Part shown: positions 1 through 14,621 of the stretch, one piece after another
How the letters are laid out: the number at the start of each line of letters is the position of its first letter
Numbering within the stretch: position 1 is the stretch's first letter
Source of the DNA: the human T2T-CHM13v2.0 reference genome, Homo sapiens
Assembly (NCBI RefSeq): GCF_009914755.1
Contig: NC_060931.1
DNA length: 64,000 nt
Reading direction: 5' to 3' (one strand)
Translations under genes and position numbers: made by a program
Notes under the pieces: generated by a model
Told to the model about the DNA's origin: nothing
The model's input: only the letters and a program-made list of their open reading frames with translations
The model's database searches: none

Positions 1-44
1 TCGTCTCTGCCCACATCACCTGCTATTAAAGAGACACAAAACTC

Positions 45-1045
<1,001 letters not shown>

Positions 1046-1689
1046 AGACTATTGCAGTAGGGAAGAGAGACTTTAGTGTAAACAGAGTCTGCCAGGACAA
1101 AAGGTACTTTTCAATGCTGGGTAGACTCAAGGAAAGGTATCAAAAGATGCTAAGGGATGGGTCTATATGATTAGGCCATCTGAGTTCATTAATTTGCGTT
1201 TATCTGGAGAAGTAAACTCCTCATATCTTTAGGACAGGAGGTAGATTTGCTTGTTGGAAAAGGCACCCAGGAATTTAGGCTCTTAGCCTCCGACTAGGAA
1301 CAGGGAGACAGAAGAGCCATCACCCTAGATGTTTGCATTTCAAAGAGATGTCTCCCAGATCCTCCAGAAAACATTTCTGCATTGTAGGAGACTTACGTCT
1401 CAAAGGGATGGAGAAAAGTTTCACAACCGCCAGGTTTTCTAAAGTAAATGCTCTGGGAAAAGGGAGGTCAGGGGCCTAGAGTCACGGTTTGGCTGGAAGA
1501 AATGGTAAATTATTTTGGCAGCAGTGAGCTTTCTCAGGCAGGCCTTTAGAGTGGGGTGGGTCATCCCAGGGACATGTCCTTGAGCTGCTTGAAAAAACAC
1601 TAGGGTTTTAAAAAAAATCCCTTAGCATATGTGTGTGTGCCTGGGGTAGGAGTAGATGAAATTATTTATATGAAGAGTTTGTCATTGTT

Positions 1690-2296
1690 TTTTGTTAACT
1701 TTCATTTTAGTTTCAGGGGCTCAGGTTTGTTATAAAGGTAAATTGCATGTCATTGGGGTTTGGTATACAGACTATTCCATCACCCAGGTATTAATCATAA
1801 GCATAGTACCCAATATGTAGTTTTTGTGATCCTCACCCTCCTCCCACCCTCCACCTTCCACCCTCAAGTACGCCCTGGTGTCTGTTGTTCCCTTTTTGTG
1901 TCCATGTGTACTCAATGGTTAACTCCCACTTATAAATGAGAGCATGCAGAATTTGGTGTTCTGTTCCTGCATTAGTTCACTTAGGATAATGGTCTCCAGC
2001 TTCATCCATGTTCCTGCAAAGGACATGATCTCATTCTTTTTTATGGCTGCATAGTATTCTGTGTTGTATATGTACCACATTTTATTTATACAGTCTAACA
2101 TTGATGGGCATTTAGGTTGATTCCATATCTTTGCTATTGTGAATAACACTGCAATGAATAAATGTGTGCATGTGTCTTTCTGGAATAGCAATTCATATTC
2201 CTTTGGGCATATACCAATAAGGGGATCGCTGGGTTGATGGTATTTCTGTTTTAAGTTCTTTGAGAAATCACCTAAATGCTTTCCACAGTGGCTGGA
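1690..2296 (-). mobile_element. 5'-truncated L1 (L1PA15/16-like 3' end)
   Basis: L1 3'UTR plus ORF2 C-terminal peptide (KDTCTHLFIA...WMKLETIILS). Confidence 0.9.
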
Positions 2297-2301
2297 CATA
2301 T

Positions 2302-2933
2302 TGTTACCAGAAAAGGATCCCCATCCAGACTCCAAGAGAGGGTTCTTGGATCTTGTGAAGGAAAGAATTTGGGGTGAGTCCATACAGTAAGGTGAAAGCA
2401 AGTTTATTAAGAAAGTAAAGGAATAAAAGAATGGCTACTCCATAGACAGAGCAGCCTTGAGGGCTGCTGGTTGCCCATTTTTATGGTTATTCTTGATTAT
2501 ATGTTAAAAGGGGTAGATTATTCATGAGTTTCCCGGGAAAGTTGGGGGGCAATTCCTGGAACTAAGGGTTCCTCCCAATTTTAGACCATATAGGGTAAGT
2601 TTGGATGTTGCTATGGCATCTCTAAACTGTCATGGTGTGGATGGGAGTGTCTTTTAGTATGTTAATATATTATAATTAGAGTATAATGAGCAGCGAGGAT
2701 GACCAGAGGTCACTCTCGTCACCAACTTGGTGTTGGTGGGTTTTGTTCGGCTTCTTTACTGCAAGCTATTTTATCAGTAAGGACTTTGTGACCCGTGTCT
2801 TGTGCCGACCTCCTATCTCATCCTGTGACTAAGAATGCCTTAACCTCCTGGGAATGCAACCCAGTAGGTCTCAGCCTCATTTTACCCAACCCCTATTCAA
2901 GATGGAGTTTCTCTGGTTCACAGGCCTCTGACA
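2302..2933 (-). mobile_element. MER41B-like ERV1 solo LTR
   Basis: TGTTACCAGAAAAGG...CCTCTGACA; tandem GAS region at 2529-2561; flanks ATAT/TTAT. Confidence 0.9.
2529..2561. promoter_or_regulatory. Tandem STAT (GAS-type) motifs in MER41
   Basis: TTCCCGGGAA (TTC-N4-GAA, 2530-2539) and TTCCTGGAA (TTC-N3-GAA, 2553-2561); activity not shown. Confidence 0.55.
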
Positions 2934-3613
2934 TTATAGGTCAAGGTTGAGGCCTGGTTGAGAAGAGGGCTCAGAGGAGCCTGGCCAAAGGGAATTTGGT
3001 CAAGGAGTCTTTGTCACTGGCCACTGCCCTCCACCCAAGACTGTGCTACTGGCTGGCTTAGAACTAGAATGCAAGGATAAGCTGTGCCACTTGTCATGGG
3101 CTAATAAGAAGAAGCAGACTGGGTGAGTTTCACCATCCGGAGCCAGAATGGAGACATCCACTGGGACTTGATACCTTCTTAGGGAGAGCTACTGACCAAA
3201 GGCCAGACAGGAAGGTTCTAGAAATATGTTCACATGTCCATGTTGATTTTTATTTCCCTCTGTGTGTATTCCTGAAGTAACTGCTAATGAAACCCTAAAC
3301 ATAGGCAAGATTTTTGGACTTTTCCTGGGGGCAAGAAAAAGAAGAGCTGGGAACCACAGGGGCCAGTCTTTGGGATATGGTGGCGTGGCAGCTTCCAGGG
3401 GAAGGAGAGAGAGAGGAGCCTGCAGCTGAGGAAAGCCTGTACTTTGAGTAGCAACGAGATGTTAGCAAAAAAGCCTGTCACCTGAGGCGGGTCTCAATCA
3501 ATATAGGTTTATTTAGCTAAGACTGAGGATGCAACTGGGGAAAACATGACATGTCACAAGAACACTGGTGACCTGTGCTTTTTCCAAAGGGATTCAGGGA
3601 ACTTCAGTATTTA

Positions 3614-4464
<851 letters not shown>

Positions 4465-4717
4465 GAACTTCAGTATTTAAAGGGAAAAAGACAAGCAGGA
4501 AGGGGAAAAGGGGAGGGAGGGCAGGCCATGTGGTAAATGGTTGCATTCTCATGAAGTTCTGATTAACCTCTGTAAATCTACATTTTACATGTGAAAAGAG
4601 GGAGTACAAGAACAAGTCAATTGTGCATTGCCTCACACTCAGTAAATCTATACTTACATACAATACAGTAAGCTGTGAAAAGATAGAGTAGAGAAAAAAG
4701 TCAATTATGCATTTGTG

Positions 4718-5034
4718 GGCCAGGCGCAGTGGCTCAAGCCTGTAATCCCAGTGCTTTGGGAGGCCGAGGTGGACGATCACCTAAGGTCAGGAGTTTGAGA
4801 CCAGCTTGGCCAACATGGTGAAACCTCGTCTCTACTAAAAAATACAAATTTAGCTGGGCATGGTGGTGGGCTCCTGTAGTCCCAGCTACTCGGGAGGCTG
4901 AGGCAGGCGAATCGCTTGAACCCAGGAGGGCGGAGATTGCAGTGAGCCGAGATTGCGCCCCTGCACTCCAGCCTGGGCGACAGAGCGTGACTCCGTCTCA
5001 AACAAACAAACAAAAAACCCCAAAAAACAAAAAC
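4718..5034 (+). mobile_element. Alu (AluSx-like)
   Basis: Full Alu; TSD CAAT(T/G)ATGCATTTGT. Confidence 0.95.
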
Positions 5035-5854
5035 CAATGATGCATTTGTTTTAGGATAGATGGAGAGAAAATTTCTGGTCTTCTCCTTGTTCTATAAAGA
5101 TAAGTTGGTAATTGTGTGACAATTCAACAGAGCTCAGGTTTAGAACTTAATGGGGAGATGTGTATTTTGCAAGATTTAGGGGCTCACAAGGAATATTCCT
5201 CACAATATGTGAGGGAGGCCATCTGGGGAGATACATGGCCTTTGATTATTATCAGAACCTGGCTTTTGGATGAGGCTATGACACAGGATTGTCAAATGAC
5301 AGTTGTCTGTTTGGGGACTAAAAGGAAGGCAGTGTTGTGTGGCTCAGTTCCCAAGCTGAACTTTCCCTTTGGCATAGTGAGCTTGGGGTCCCGAGATCCT
5401 ATTTTCATTCACGGAGGCTTGAGTGGTTCCCCGACAGCCACAGGAGTCTGTGTTCCTGGAAGCTGGCTTTCCTCTGACACTTTTGGCTCCAGGAACCTGA
5501 GTTCAGAGAGTGGAATGTTTCTGCCATGAAAAGAGCCATTCTCAGGAAACTAAAGGAAAGGAAGCTCTGAGCAGATGAAGGTGGATGCAGGAGACATGTA
5601 CGGCACGAATTTGTGTATCCAAAGTTCAAAAACCACGCTAATTAATCCAAGGATAGGGACGGCTCTTCAGAGGCAGGTAGCGAACTGGAAGGGACCAGGG
5701 GCACCAAATGCTGATGGTGCTCTTGTTAGTAATCTGTGTGCCGCTTACGTGGGTGAGCTCCCCTTGAGAGCATTCATCAAGTGGCACCCTTGTGATCTGA
5801 CTGCTTTTCTGTGTGTCTATTGTCCTTCAATCAACATTTATCTAGCAAAGGGAA

Positions 5855-6613
<759 letters not shown>

Positions 6614-6634
6614 GTATGAGAGAGAGATAGAGAA

Positions 6635-6757
6635 GTTTTCCAGTCTCACAGTTGTAGAAGCTGGAAGAGCAAGATGAGAATGCTAGCATGGTTAATTTCT
6701 GGTGAGAGCTGTCTTCCTGAATTGCACATGGATGTCTTCTCTCTGTATCCTCCCATG

Positions 6758-6824
<67 letters not shown>

Positions 6825-6990
6825 TCAAGCTGTCAGATGCCTCTTCGTATAAGGTCACTAACCCCATCATGAGGGTCCCACCCTCATGACCTCATCTAAA
6901 CCTAATTACCCCCAAAGACCCCATCTCCAAGTACCATCACACTGGGAAGTTAGAGCTTCTGCATATGAATTTTTGGGGAGACACAATTTA
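6635..6990 (-). mobile_element. MLT1A-like MaLR LTR containing (GA)31
   Basis: CCCACCCTCATGACCTCATCTAAACCTAATTAC motif; GA run at 6761-6822. Confidence 0.8.
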
Positions 6991-6994
6991 TTTT

Positions 6995-7642
6995 TTAATT
7001 TTTAAATTAATTTATTATTTATTATTATTTTAAATTTATTTATTTATTTATTTTGAGGCAGAGTCTTGCTCTGTTGCCCAGGCTGGGGTCCACTGGCACC
7101 AATCTCAGCTCTCTGCAGCCTCCACCTCCTGGGTTCAAGCAATTCTCCTGCCTCAGTCTCCCAAGTAGCTAGGATCACAGGTGCGTGCCACCACGCTGGT
7201 TAATTTTTGCATTTTTAGTAGAGACGGAGTTTTGCCATATTGGCCAGGCTGGTCTCAAGCTCCTGACCTCAAGTGATCTTCCTGCCTTGGCCTCCCAAAG
7301 TGCTGGGATTATAGGCGTAAGCCACCACACCCAGCCATTTTCCTTTTTTTGTTTTTAAAGGACAGGATCTTACTCTGTTGTCCAGGTTAGGGTGCAGTGG
7401 TGTGATCATAGCTCACTGCAGCCTCTAACTCCTGGGCTCAAGTGATCCTCCCATCTCAATCTCCCAAGTAGCTGGGACTACAGGTGTGGGCCACCATGCC
7501 TGGCTAAGTTTTAAATTCTTTTATAGAGAGGGGTCTTGCTATGTTGCCCAGGCTGGTCTTGAACTCCTGGCCTCAAGTGATCCTCTGGCCTTGATCTCCC
7601 AAAGAGCTGGGATTACAGGTGTGAGCCACCATACACCTGGCC
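6995..7642 (-). mobile_element. Two tandem Alus (AluS ~6995-7336; AluJ 7343-7642)
   Basis: Two Alu consensus matches with T-tails. Confidence 0.95.
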
Positions 7643-7773
7643 TTTTTCTTCTTCTTCTTTTTAAAGTAACCTATTTGAAAGACATCAATCTGGAAATTCT
7701 TGAGAGCCTTGTTGCTTGCTACATGGTCTACTTGGAGAGACTGATCATTGTCATGGCCAAAGGCGTGCTCCTA

Positions 7774-7957
7774 ACCAGAGTGCACTGGAGCTGGCTTTTA
7801 TTGATCACTAGAGCCAGTTGTACACATCTATTTCCAACTCCACCTTCAGTAACGTCATTTTGGGAGTGAGAATATTGGCACCACAGAAATCTGCAAATGC
7901 CAGGAATCAGCCACCTGCCCAGAGTCAGGTGTTAAACAGTTACTAGCACACCACTGC
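7774..7957. mobile_element. MER63-like hAT DNA transposon relic
   Basis: CTGGAGCTGGC...CCAACTCCACCTTCAGTAACGTCA...CACACCACTG. Confidence 0.7.
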
Positions 7958-8099
7958 TTCTAACTAACCTCCACTTAACCACCTTTGTCTGCTAACCAGT
8001 GCTCTTATTTTCCTCTGTAAACACCCCTGACCAATGCCTTTGTCCCTCCGACGTTCACAGCTGTTCCAATCAGGGAGACTGCATGCTTATCAAGAGTCA

Positions 8100-8596
8100 A
8101 TTACACTTGTCCCCAAACCTGTTCATGCAAATATATTTCTTATGGCAATTACAGAATTAGGTAAATATTGCAGTACTGATGGAGTGTATAAAAGTAATAG
8201 AGTCGTCATTTCTAGGGAAATTAAGTTGAATGCTTGGGAAAGACTTAATAAAGGCAAATTACTTAACAACTGCTGTCAAATTGAGTGCAGGCAAAGCAAC
8301 TGTAAAATTTTGGGAATGATTATATAAACCTGGAAGGATTCTGGGCTTCAGTTGCTATAAGTGACTTTAAGATCTTTCTCCATTTCAAGTTAATAAAACA
8401 GGAGATTTTAAAATAATGCAGAACTTCAAGTAGTGAGCATGTACTCAAAGAATGGATGCATATTTATATATGTTAAGCTAATCTATGAAATTGCAGGTGT
8501 GCTTTTATCATCTTTTTATGACTCCACACTCTCACCCACTTTTGCTAATGATGGGCCATCAGTCCCAATCTTGCTGGCCAAGAGGCTTTTACTGTA
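8100..8596 (+). mobile_element. Tigger15-like (pogo/Tc1) relic
   Basis: Translates to RVVISREIKLNAWERLNKG, a CENP-B/psq HTH N-terminus; ends ...TTTTACTG followed by TA. Confidence 0.65.
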
Positions 8597-8715
8597 ATTT
8601 GTGTGGGCCAATCATTTCAGGGACACACAGTTTTGCTTTAGCTAAAGATCTAGCCACATAGTCTTAGCTCTGTCATCTCGAGGGTTTCTACTTGTCAACC
8701 ACATGGTTCAGCCTG

Positions 8716-8812
8716 AGACCAGAGAAACAGAACCAATAGGATGTATGTGTGTGTGATTATCTATCATCTGTCTGCCTATCATCTCTCTATCTCTCTCCCT
8801 ATCTACTTATCA

Positions 8813-8873
<61 letters not shown>

Positions 8874-9762
8874 GTCTATCTATCGATCTTTCATCTATCT
8901 ATTATCTATCTAATCTACCTATCATCTCTATGTATCTGTTATCTATCATCTCCATCATCTATCTAATCTGTCTATCCTATCATCTCTATCACCTATCTAT
9001 TTATTAATCATCTTTATTATCTATCAACTATTTAATCTGCCATCTCTATCACCTATCTAATCTATCATCTGTATCTATCATCTATCTAATCTGTCACCTC
9101 TGTCATATATCTAGCTAATCTATCATCTCTATCATCTATATATCTAATCTATCATCTCTATCAATCATCACTGTTATCTCTCTATCATCTATCTATCTAT
9201 CATCTCTATCAATCTATCATCCATTCATCTATGTATATATATATCAATTATCCATTCATTTATGTATTTTTGTATGTATGTATCTATCATCTCTATCAAT
9301 CTATCTATCATCCATTCATCTATGTATCTATCTATATATCAATTATCTATCCATTCATTTATGTATGTATGTATGTATCTATCTATCTGTTGAGAGATTT
9401 ATTTTAAGGAATTGGCCCACGGATTGCAGAGGCTGGCAAGTCTAAAATCTGTAGGGTAGGCCAGCAGACTTGAGACTCAGGAAAGGGTTGATATTGCTGC
9501 TCAAGTTCAAAGACAGTCTGGAGGCAGAATTCCCTGTTTGTTTGGGGTAGGACAATATATATATTTTTTTCTCTTAAGGCCTTCAATGGATTGGATGAGG
9601 CCCACCAAAGTCATAGAGGGCAATTTTCCTTTACTCATGGCCTACTAGATTTCAATGTTAATCTCATCTAAAAACACCTTCACAGCAACATCTAGACTAG
9701 TGTTTGACCAAATATTTGGGTATCACAGCCTAACCAAGTTGACACATAGGATTAACCATCAT
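8716..9762 (-). mobile_element. MLT2C/D-like ERVL LTR
   Basis: CCAGAGAAACAGAACCAATAGG...GTTGACACATAGGATTAACCATCA. Confidence 0.85.
8755..9390. repeat. Degenerate (TCTA/TCA)n array, ~635 bp
   Basis: Read directly; lies inside the MLT2 LTR. Confidence 0.95.
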
Positions 9763-9877
9763 ACTGACATTTTAGCTTCCCCCATCCACTTCTTCCTTTA
9801 GTTGTTCCCCAGTTTGCTTTTCTCTTATGCCCCAGCCCCAGCTTCTACCATGCCTTTCATGCCTTCGCTCACTCTGC

Positions 9878-10024
9878 TTCTTTCTTTCTTTCCCTTTCTT
9901 TCTTTCCTTCCTTCCTTCTCTTTCTTTCTTTCTCTTCCTTCCTTCTCTTTCTTTCTTTCCCTTCCTTCCTTCCTTCCTTCCTTCCTTCCTTCCTTCCTTC
10001 CTTCCTTCCTTCCTTCCTTCCTTC

Positions 10025-10067
<43 letters not shown>

Positions 10068-10132
10068 TCCTTCTTTCATTCTCTCTCTTTCTCTCTCTCT
10101 CTCTTTCTCTCGTTCTCTCTTTCTTTCTTTCG
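9878..10132. repeat. Polypyrimidine tract with (CCTT)17 and (TTTC)n
   Basis: Pure CCTT at 9960-10027; abuts an Alu tail. Confidence 0.95.
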
Positions 10133-10696
10133 TTTTTGAGACAGACTTTTGCTCTTGTTGCCCAGGCTGGAGTGCTATGGCGCGATCTCGGCTCACCACA
10201 AACTCCACCCCTGGGTTCAAGCGATTCTCCTGCCTCAGTCTCCCGAGTAGCTGGGATGACAGGCGCACACCAACATGCCAAGCTAATTTTTGCATTTTTA
10301 GTAGGGATGGGGTTTCTCCATGTTGACCTCAGGTGATCCACCTGCCTCGGCCTCCCAAAGTGCTAGGATTATAGGCGTGAGCCACTGTGCCTGGCCCTCT
10401 TCTTTCTTTCTTTTTTGGAGACAGAGACTTGCTCTATTGCCTGGGCTGGAGTGCAGTGGCATGATCATAGCTGACTGCAGCCTCAAACTCCTGGGCTCAA
10501 ACAGTCCTCCTGCCTCAGCCTCCCGAGTAACTGGGACTATAGGCATGCACTACAATGCCTATTTTTTTTCTTTTTTTGTAGAGATGTAGTCTCACTATGT
10601 TGCCCAGGCTGCTCTCGAACTCCTGGCCTCAAGCAATCCTCCAACCTCTACCTCTCGAAGTGCTGGGGTTACAGGCATGAGCCATTGCTCCCAGCC
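10133..10696 (-). mobile_element. Two tandem Alus (AluS 10133-10396; AluJ 10399-10696)
   Basis: Alu consensus matches. Confidence 0.95.
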
Positions 10697-11190
10697 ACTG
10701 CTTCCTTCTACACTGCCTTCCCCCAGTCCTACGTGCAGGCTAACATCCTATTTTTCCAAACCCAACTCTATCATCTCTTTCTTCATGAAACTGGTTTTTA
10801 TCCCCTGACTAAAAGTCATCTCATGCTCACTGGCATTCCCAGATCATTTTATGTGTTTTACTAATGATTTGGATTATTTCTTAGGAAAAATTAGTTATTT
10901 TGATTATATAATTGGGGATCTATAGGAGTCTTGGAGATCCTGGCACCTACCTACCCCTTTGATTTTGTAAATAAGAAAACTGGGCCAGAGCTCTTCTGTA
11001 ACTAGCTTAGGGTGACACAAACAGCAATAAAGGAGAGTGATATTGAGCTTGTAAATACCACCTCCCATGCAGAGCGCAGTGTGCACTGGGCCCCATTCAC
11101 TGGGCTTTGCACACAGTAGGTGTGCATACATATTTTTAAAATTAGACTTATTTTATTAAAATCTAGAGGCTCCATTTATTAAATAGCTCA

Positions 11191-11546
<356 letters not shown>

Positions 11547-11589
11547 AACTGTAAGTCACCTATTATAATTTTTGTTTTCTTTCTTCCTC

Positions 11590-11884
11590 CTTTTTTTTTT
11601 TTTTTAAGACATGGTTTTACTCTGTCTCCCAGGCTGGAGTGGTACAATCACAACTCACTGCAGCCTCCACCTCCCAGGCTCACATGATCCTCCCACCTCA
11701 GCCTCCTGAGTAGCTGGGACTACAGACATGCAACACCATGCCCAGCTAATTAAAAAACATTTTTTTTTGTAGTGATGGGATCTCGTTATGTTGCCCATGC
11801 TGGTTTCGAACTCCTGAGCTCAAGTAATCCTGCCTTAGCCTCCCAAAGTGCTGAGATTACAGGCATGAACCACTCAGCCTGGCG
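11590..11884 (-). mobile_element. Alu (AluJ)
   Basis: Alu consensus. Confidence 0.9.
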
Positions 11885-11995
11885 CAAGATTAAAATTTTT
11901 ATTATTTAGGATTTTTCCTTCATATTGGGTTTAAAGAAAAAGACATCAAACAAATCAATATTATGCATAGATTAGCTACTTAAAGGAGTAAGTGC

Positions 11996-12288
11996 TTTTT
12001 TTTTTGTGATGGAGTCTCGCTCTGTCATCGAGGTTGGAGTGCAATGGTATGATCTTGGCTCACTGCAACATCCACCTCCTGGATTCAAGCGATTGTTGTG
12101 CTTCAGCCTCCCAAGTAGCTGGGATTACAGGTGCCTGCCACCACACCCAGCTAATTTTTGTATTTTTTTGTAGAGATGGGGTTTCGCCATGTTGGCCAGG
12201 CTGGTCTTGAACTCCTGACCTCAAGTGATCCTCCTGCCTTGGTCTCCCAAAGTGCTGGGATTACAGGGGTAAGCCACCGCACCCAGCC
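11996..12288 (-). mobile_element. Alu (AluS)
   Basis: Alu consensus; TSD AAGTG(C/A)TTTTT. Confidence 0.95.
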
Positions 12289-12384
12289 AGAAGTGATTTT
12301 TGATTGAGCAAAAGAAGCGAAGCATTCCAAATAGTATCTCTGATTCCCACCCAACCACTTATCTACTCAGGAAATAAGAACCTG

Positions 12385-12600
12385 CCAGGGTAGGCTTTAT
12401 GTTTGGCACTAGGGGTACAGAGAAGAATTACATATTGCAGGTGCCAGCACTTGAACCTTTCAGAATCTAGTGGAAGAAACAGACATGTAAACAGAGAATC
12501 ACAATGCAGGCTGACAATAGGAAGATGAACAATTTCAGGCAACTTATAATTACATGCCACATTACATGACACGGATTTTATGGCCTGTAATAGCGGGCTG
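12385..12600 (-). mobile_element. L2 fragment
   Basis: GGCACTAGGGGTACAG...AATCTAGTGGAAGAAACAGACATGTAAACAG. Confidence 0.55.
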
Positions 12601-13702
12601 TAGTGGTTTATAATTTCTGGTATCAAACCAAAAGCTGCCTAACAATGACCAGGGAAACTTTCTTTAAGGGTGATTGTTCATAAAGGGGAAATAATTGGAA
12701 ATTTCACAAACCTGTAATTACAAAAGCGGGAAAGGTTACTATGGTCTATTTTATAACTGTAATCAAAAAAGCTACAGGGGGACTTTTAAAATGTGACTTT
12801 AATTAACTCCATTAAAGGTTACTGTCTGGGATGAAAGATAGATCAACCTGAAATCACACCTAATGAGAAGTTTAAGGGGATCTGAAATTGGGTGTTTGGC
12901 AAATCAGCACCAAACTTGAATCCAAGCGTTTCCTGTGTCTGTCGGGTTCTTCTGTTATAGGATTCAGTGATCAGTGATGACAGTTGGTTTTGTCATGATT
13001 GTCCTACCATATGCAATGGCTTCTTAGGATTAAGAATAATATACATTATTGAACTACTTTAAATATGCACAAGACTTTGGGCATCATTCATGAGTCTTGT
13101 TTTCATTTCAGCTTGTCAGGTTAGTTTTTACTGAACTTGATGCCTTCCGCCATATGGGATACCTGGGGTGCTGTCAGAGAGAGGGGCTGTCAACATGATT
13201 GAAGTGAAGACTGGGCGTGAATCATAAGAGAAATCAGTGGATGTGGGATTGTGTTCTCCCAGGACAGCGCAAGGATTTCAAATGCGGCCCGGCTCCTGAG
13301 GATGATAAGAGAGTAATTGGTCTCACTGCGTATTGCACGGGAATATGTTTAAGTGTCAGCAGAGGTGGCCTGGAGTAACTTCTAGTCCATCTGTGAGAAC
13401 AGAAGTGGCTTGTTTCTGGGGGAAATGCAATTCTTCCCAGTGAGATGGTGTCCAGCAAAGTGTGTTGCCTGTGCCTTGACGGTGGGCACGCCACTTCCCC
13501 ATTTTGGGACTCATTTTCCTCTTCTGCAAAATGGCCGGATTCAACAAGATGATGTTTCTGCCTCTTTCCAGCTCTAAAACACCAAGAAGTCACCATGGGT
13601 TTGGACGTGGCTTGGAAGGGGTGCTCTCTCTGAGCCGGAAGCTAGAGCATTGTGCAAACCCCTCTGCTCTCTCTCTGTTACTAAGAGTGACCGCCATTCA
13701 CT

Positions 13703-14004
13703 TCTTCTTCTTTTTTTTTTTTGAGACAGAGTCTTGTTCTGTTGTCCAGGCTGGAGTGCAGTAGCATGATCTCAGCTCACTGCAACCTCCGCCTCTCGGG
13801 TTCAAGAGATTTTTGTGCCTCAGCCTCTCAATAGTTGGGATTGCAGGTGTGCGTCACCACATCTGGTTAATTTTTGTATTTTTTAGTAAAGATGAGGTTT
13901 CACCATGTTGGCCAGGCTGGTCTTGAACTCCTGACCTCAAGTGATCCACTCGCCTCACCCTCCCAAAGTGCTGGGATTACAGGTGTGAGCCACTGTGCCT
14001 GGTC
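13703..14004 (-). mobile_element. Alu (AluS); donor of the copy at ~24000-24245
   Basis: TSD CCATTCACTT (13694-13703, 14006-14015). Confidence 0.95.
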
Positions 14005-14129
14005 ACCATTCACTTTTTCACTATGGTGACCATCCACATCTATTCTCCTGCCTCCCACTTTCAGGCTCCAATGCCTCTTTTCCAAGATACTCCACGCCTC
14101 ACAAAATTGATAGTCTCAGGCCTTTCTGC

Positions 14130-14430
14130 ACAGACAAAGTGGTATTCACCAAATCCTGATTTCTTTTGCTCTTCCCCAACAGGCAGGAGAACACTTTCCT
14201 GACTTGCTGGTAGGTTAAGATCACGTGACTGAGTTCTAACCCAGGAGGATTTGTAGTAGGTAGGTTGAGATCTTTGCTGGTAGGTTGAGATCACGTGATT
14301 GAGTTCTGGCCCAGGAGGATTTGGGAAGAAGTCAAGTAGCCCTTCTAGTCTTGGCTTGTAAAACCTGCACAACCCTCCAACTCTCTCTGCCCCTGCAATG
14401 GGGAACCTGAACCACATACAGATTGGCATA
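14130..14430 (+). mobile_element. MLT1I/J-like MaLR LTR fragment with an internal duplication
   Basis: TTCACCAAATCC...GTGACTGAGTTCT motif; 50-bp direct repeat. Confidence 0.55.
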
Positions 14431-14621
14431 ATCTGGCTCTTTCCCACCCAAAAGCAGAACTATTAGGGCAAAATCCAAGGGTTCCTCCCAAAAAATCAGG
14501 GCAAATCTTAGTTTTTTTTCCGCCAATTTCCAGGTCCTGCCCTTGAGTCTTCAAAGGGAAGGGGGATTCTATGGAGTGGATTGAGCAGGAAAGGAGTTAC
14601 TGACAACTTACCCACAAAAAC

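Noticed and set aside
8034-8327. ORF with a CENP-B/pogo HTH-like stretch as a domesticated transposase
   Set aside because: Similarity covers ~25 residues and then frameshifts; a decayed Tigger relic.
9772-10341. Long K/E/R-rich or F/L/S-rich ORFs (also 28723-29415, 45509-45976, 49437-49871, 62635-63318)
   Set aside because: Stop-free frames produced by purine/pyrimidine microsatellites.
13255-13272. REST/RE1-like GGACAGCGC
   Set aside because: Right half-site only; the left half TTCAGCACC is absent.
14204-14323. CRISPR-like repeat-spacer-repeat
   Set aside because: Only two copies in primate DNA; the spacer is a partial copy of the repeat; no cas genes.
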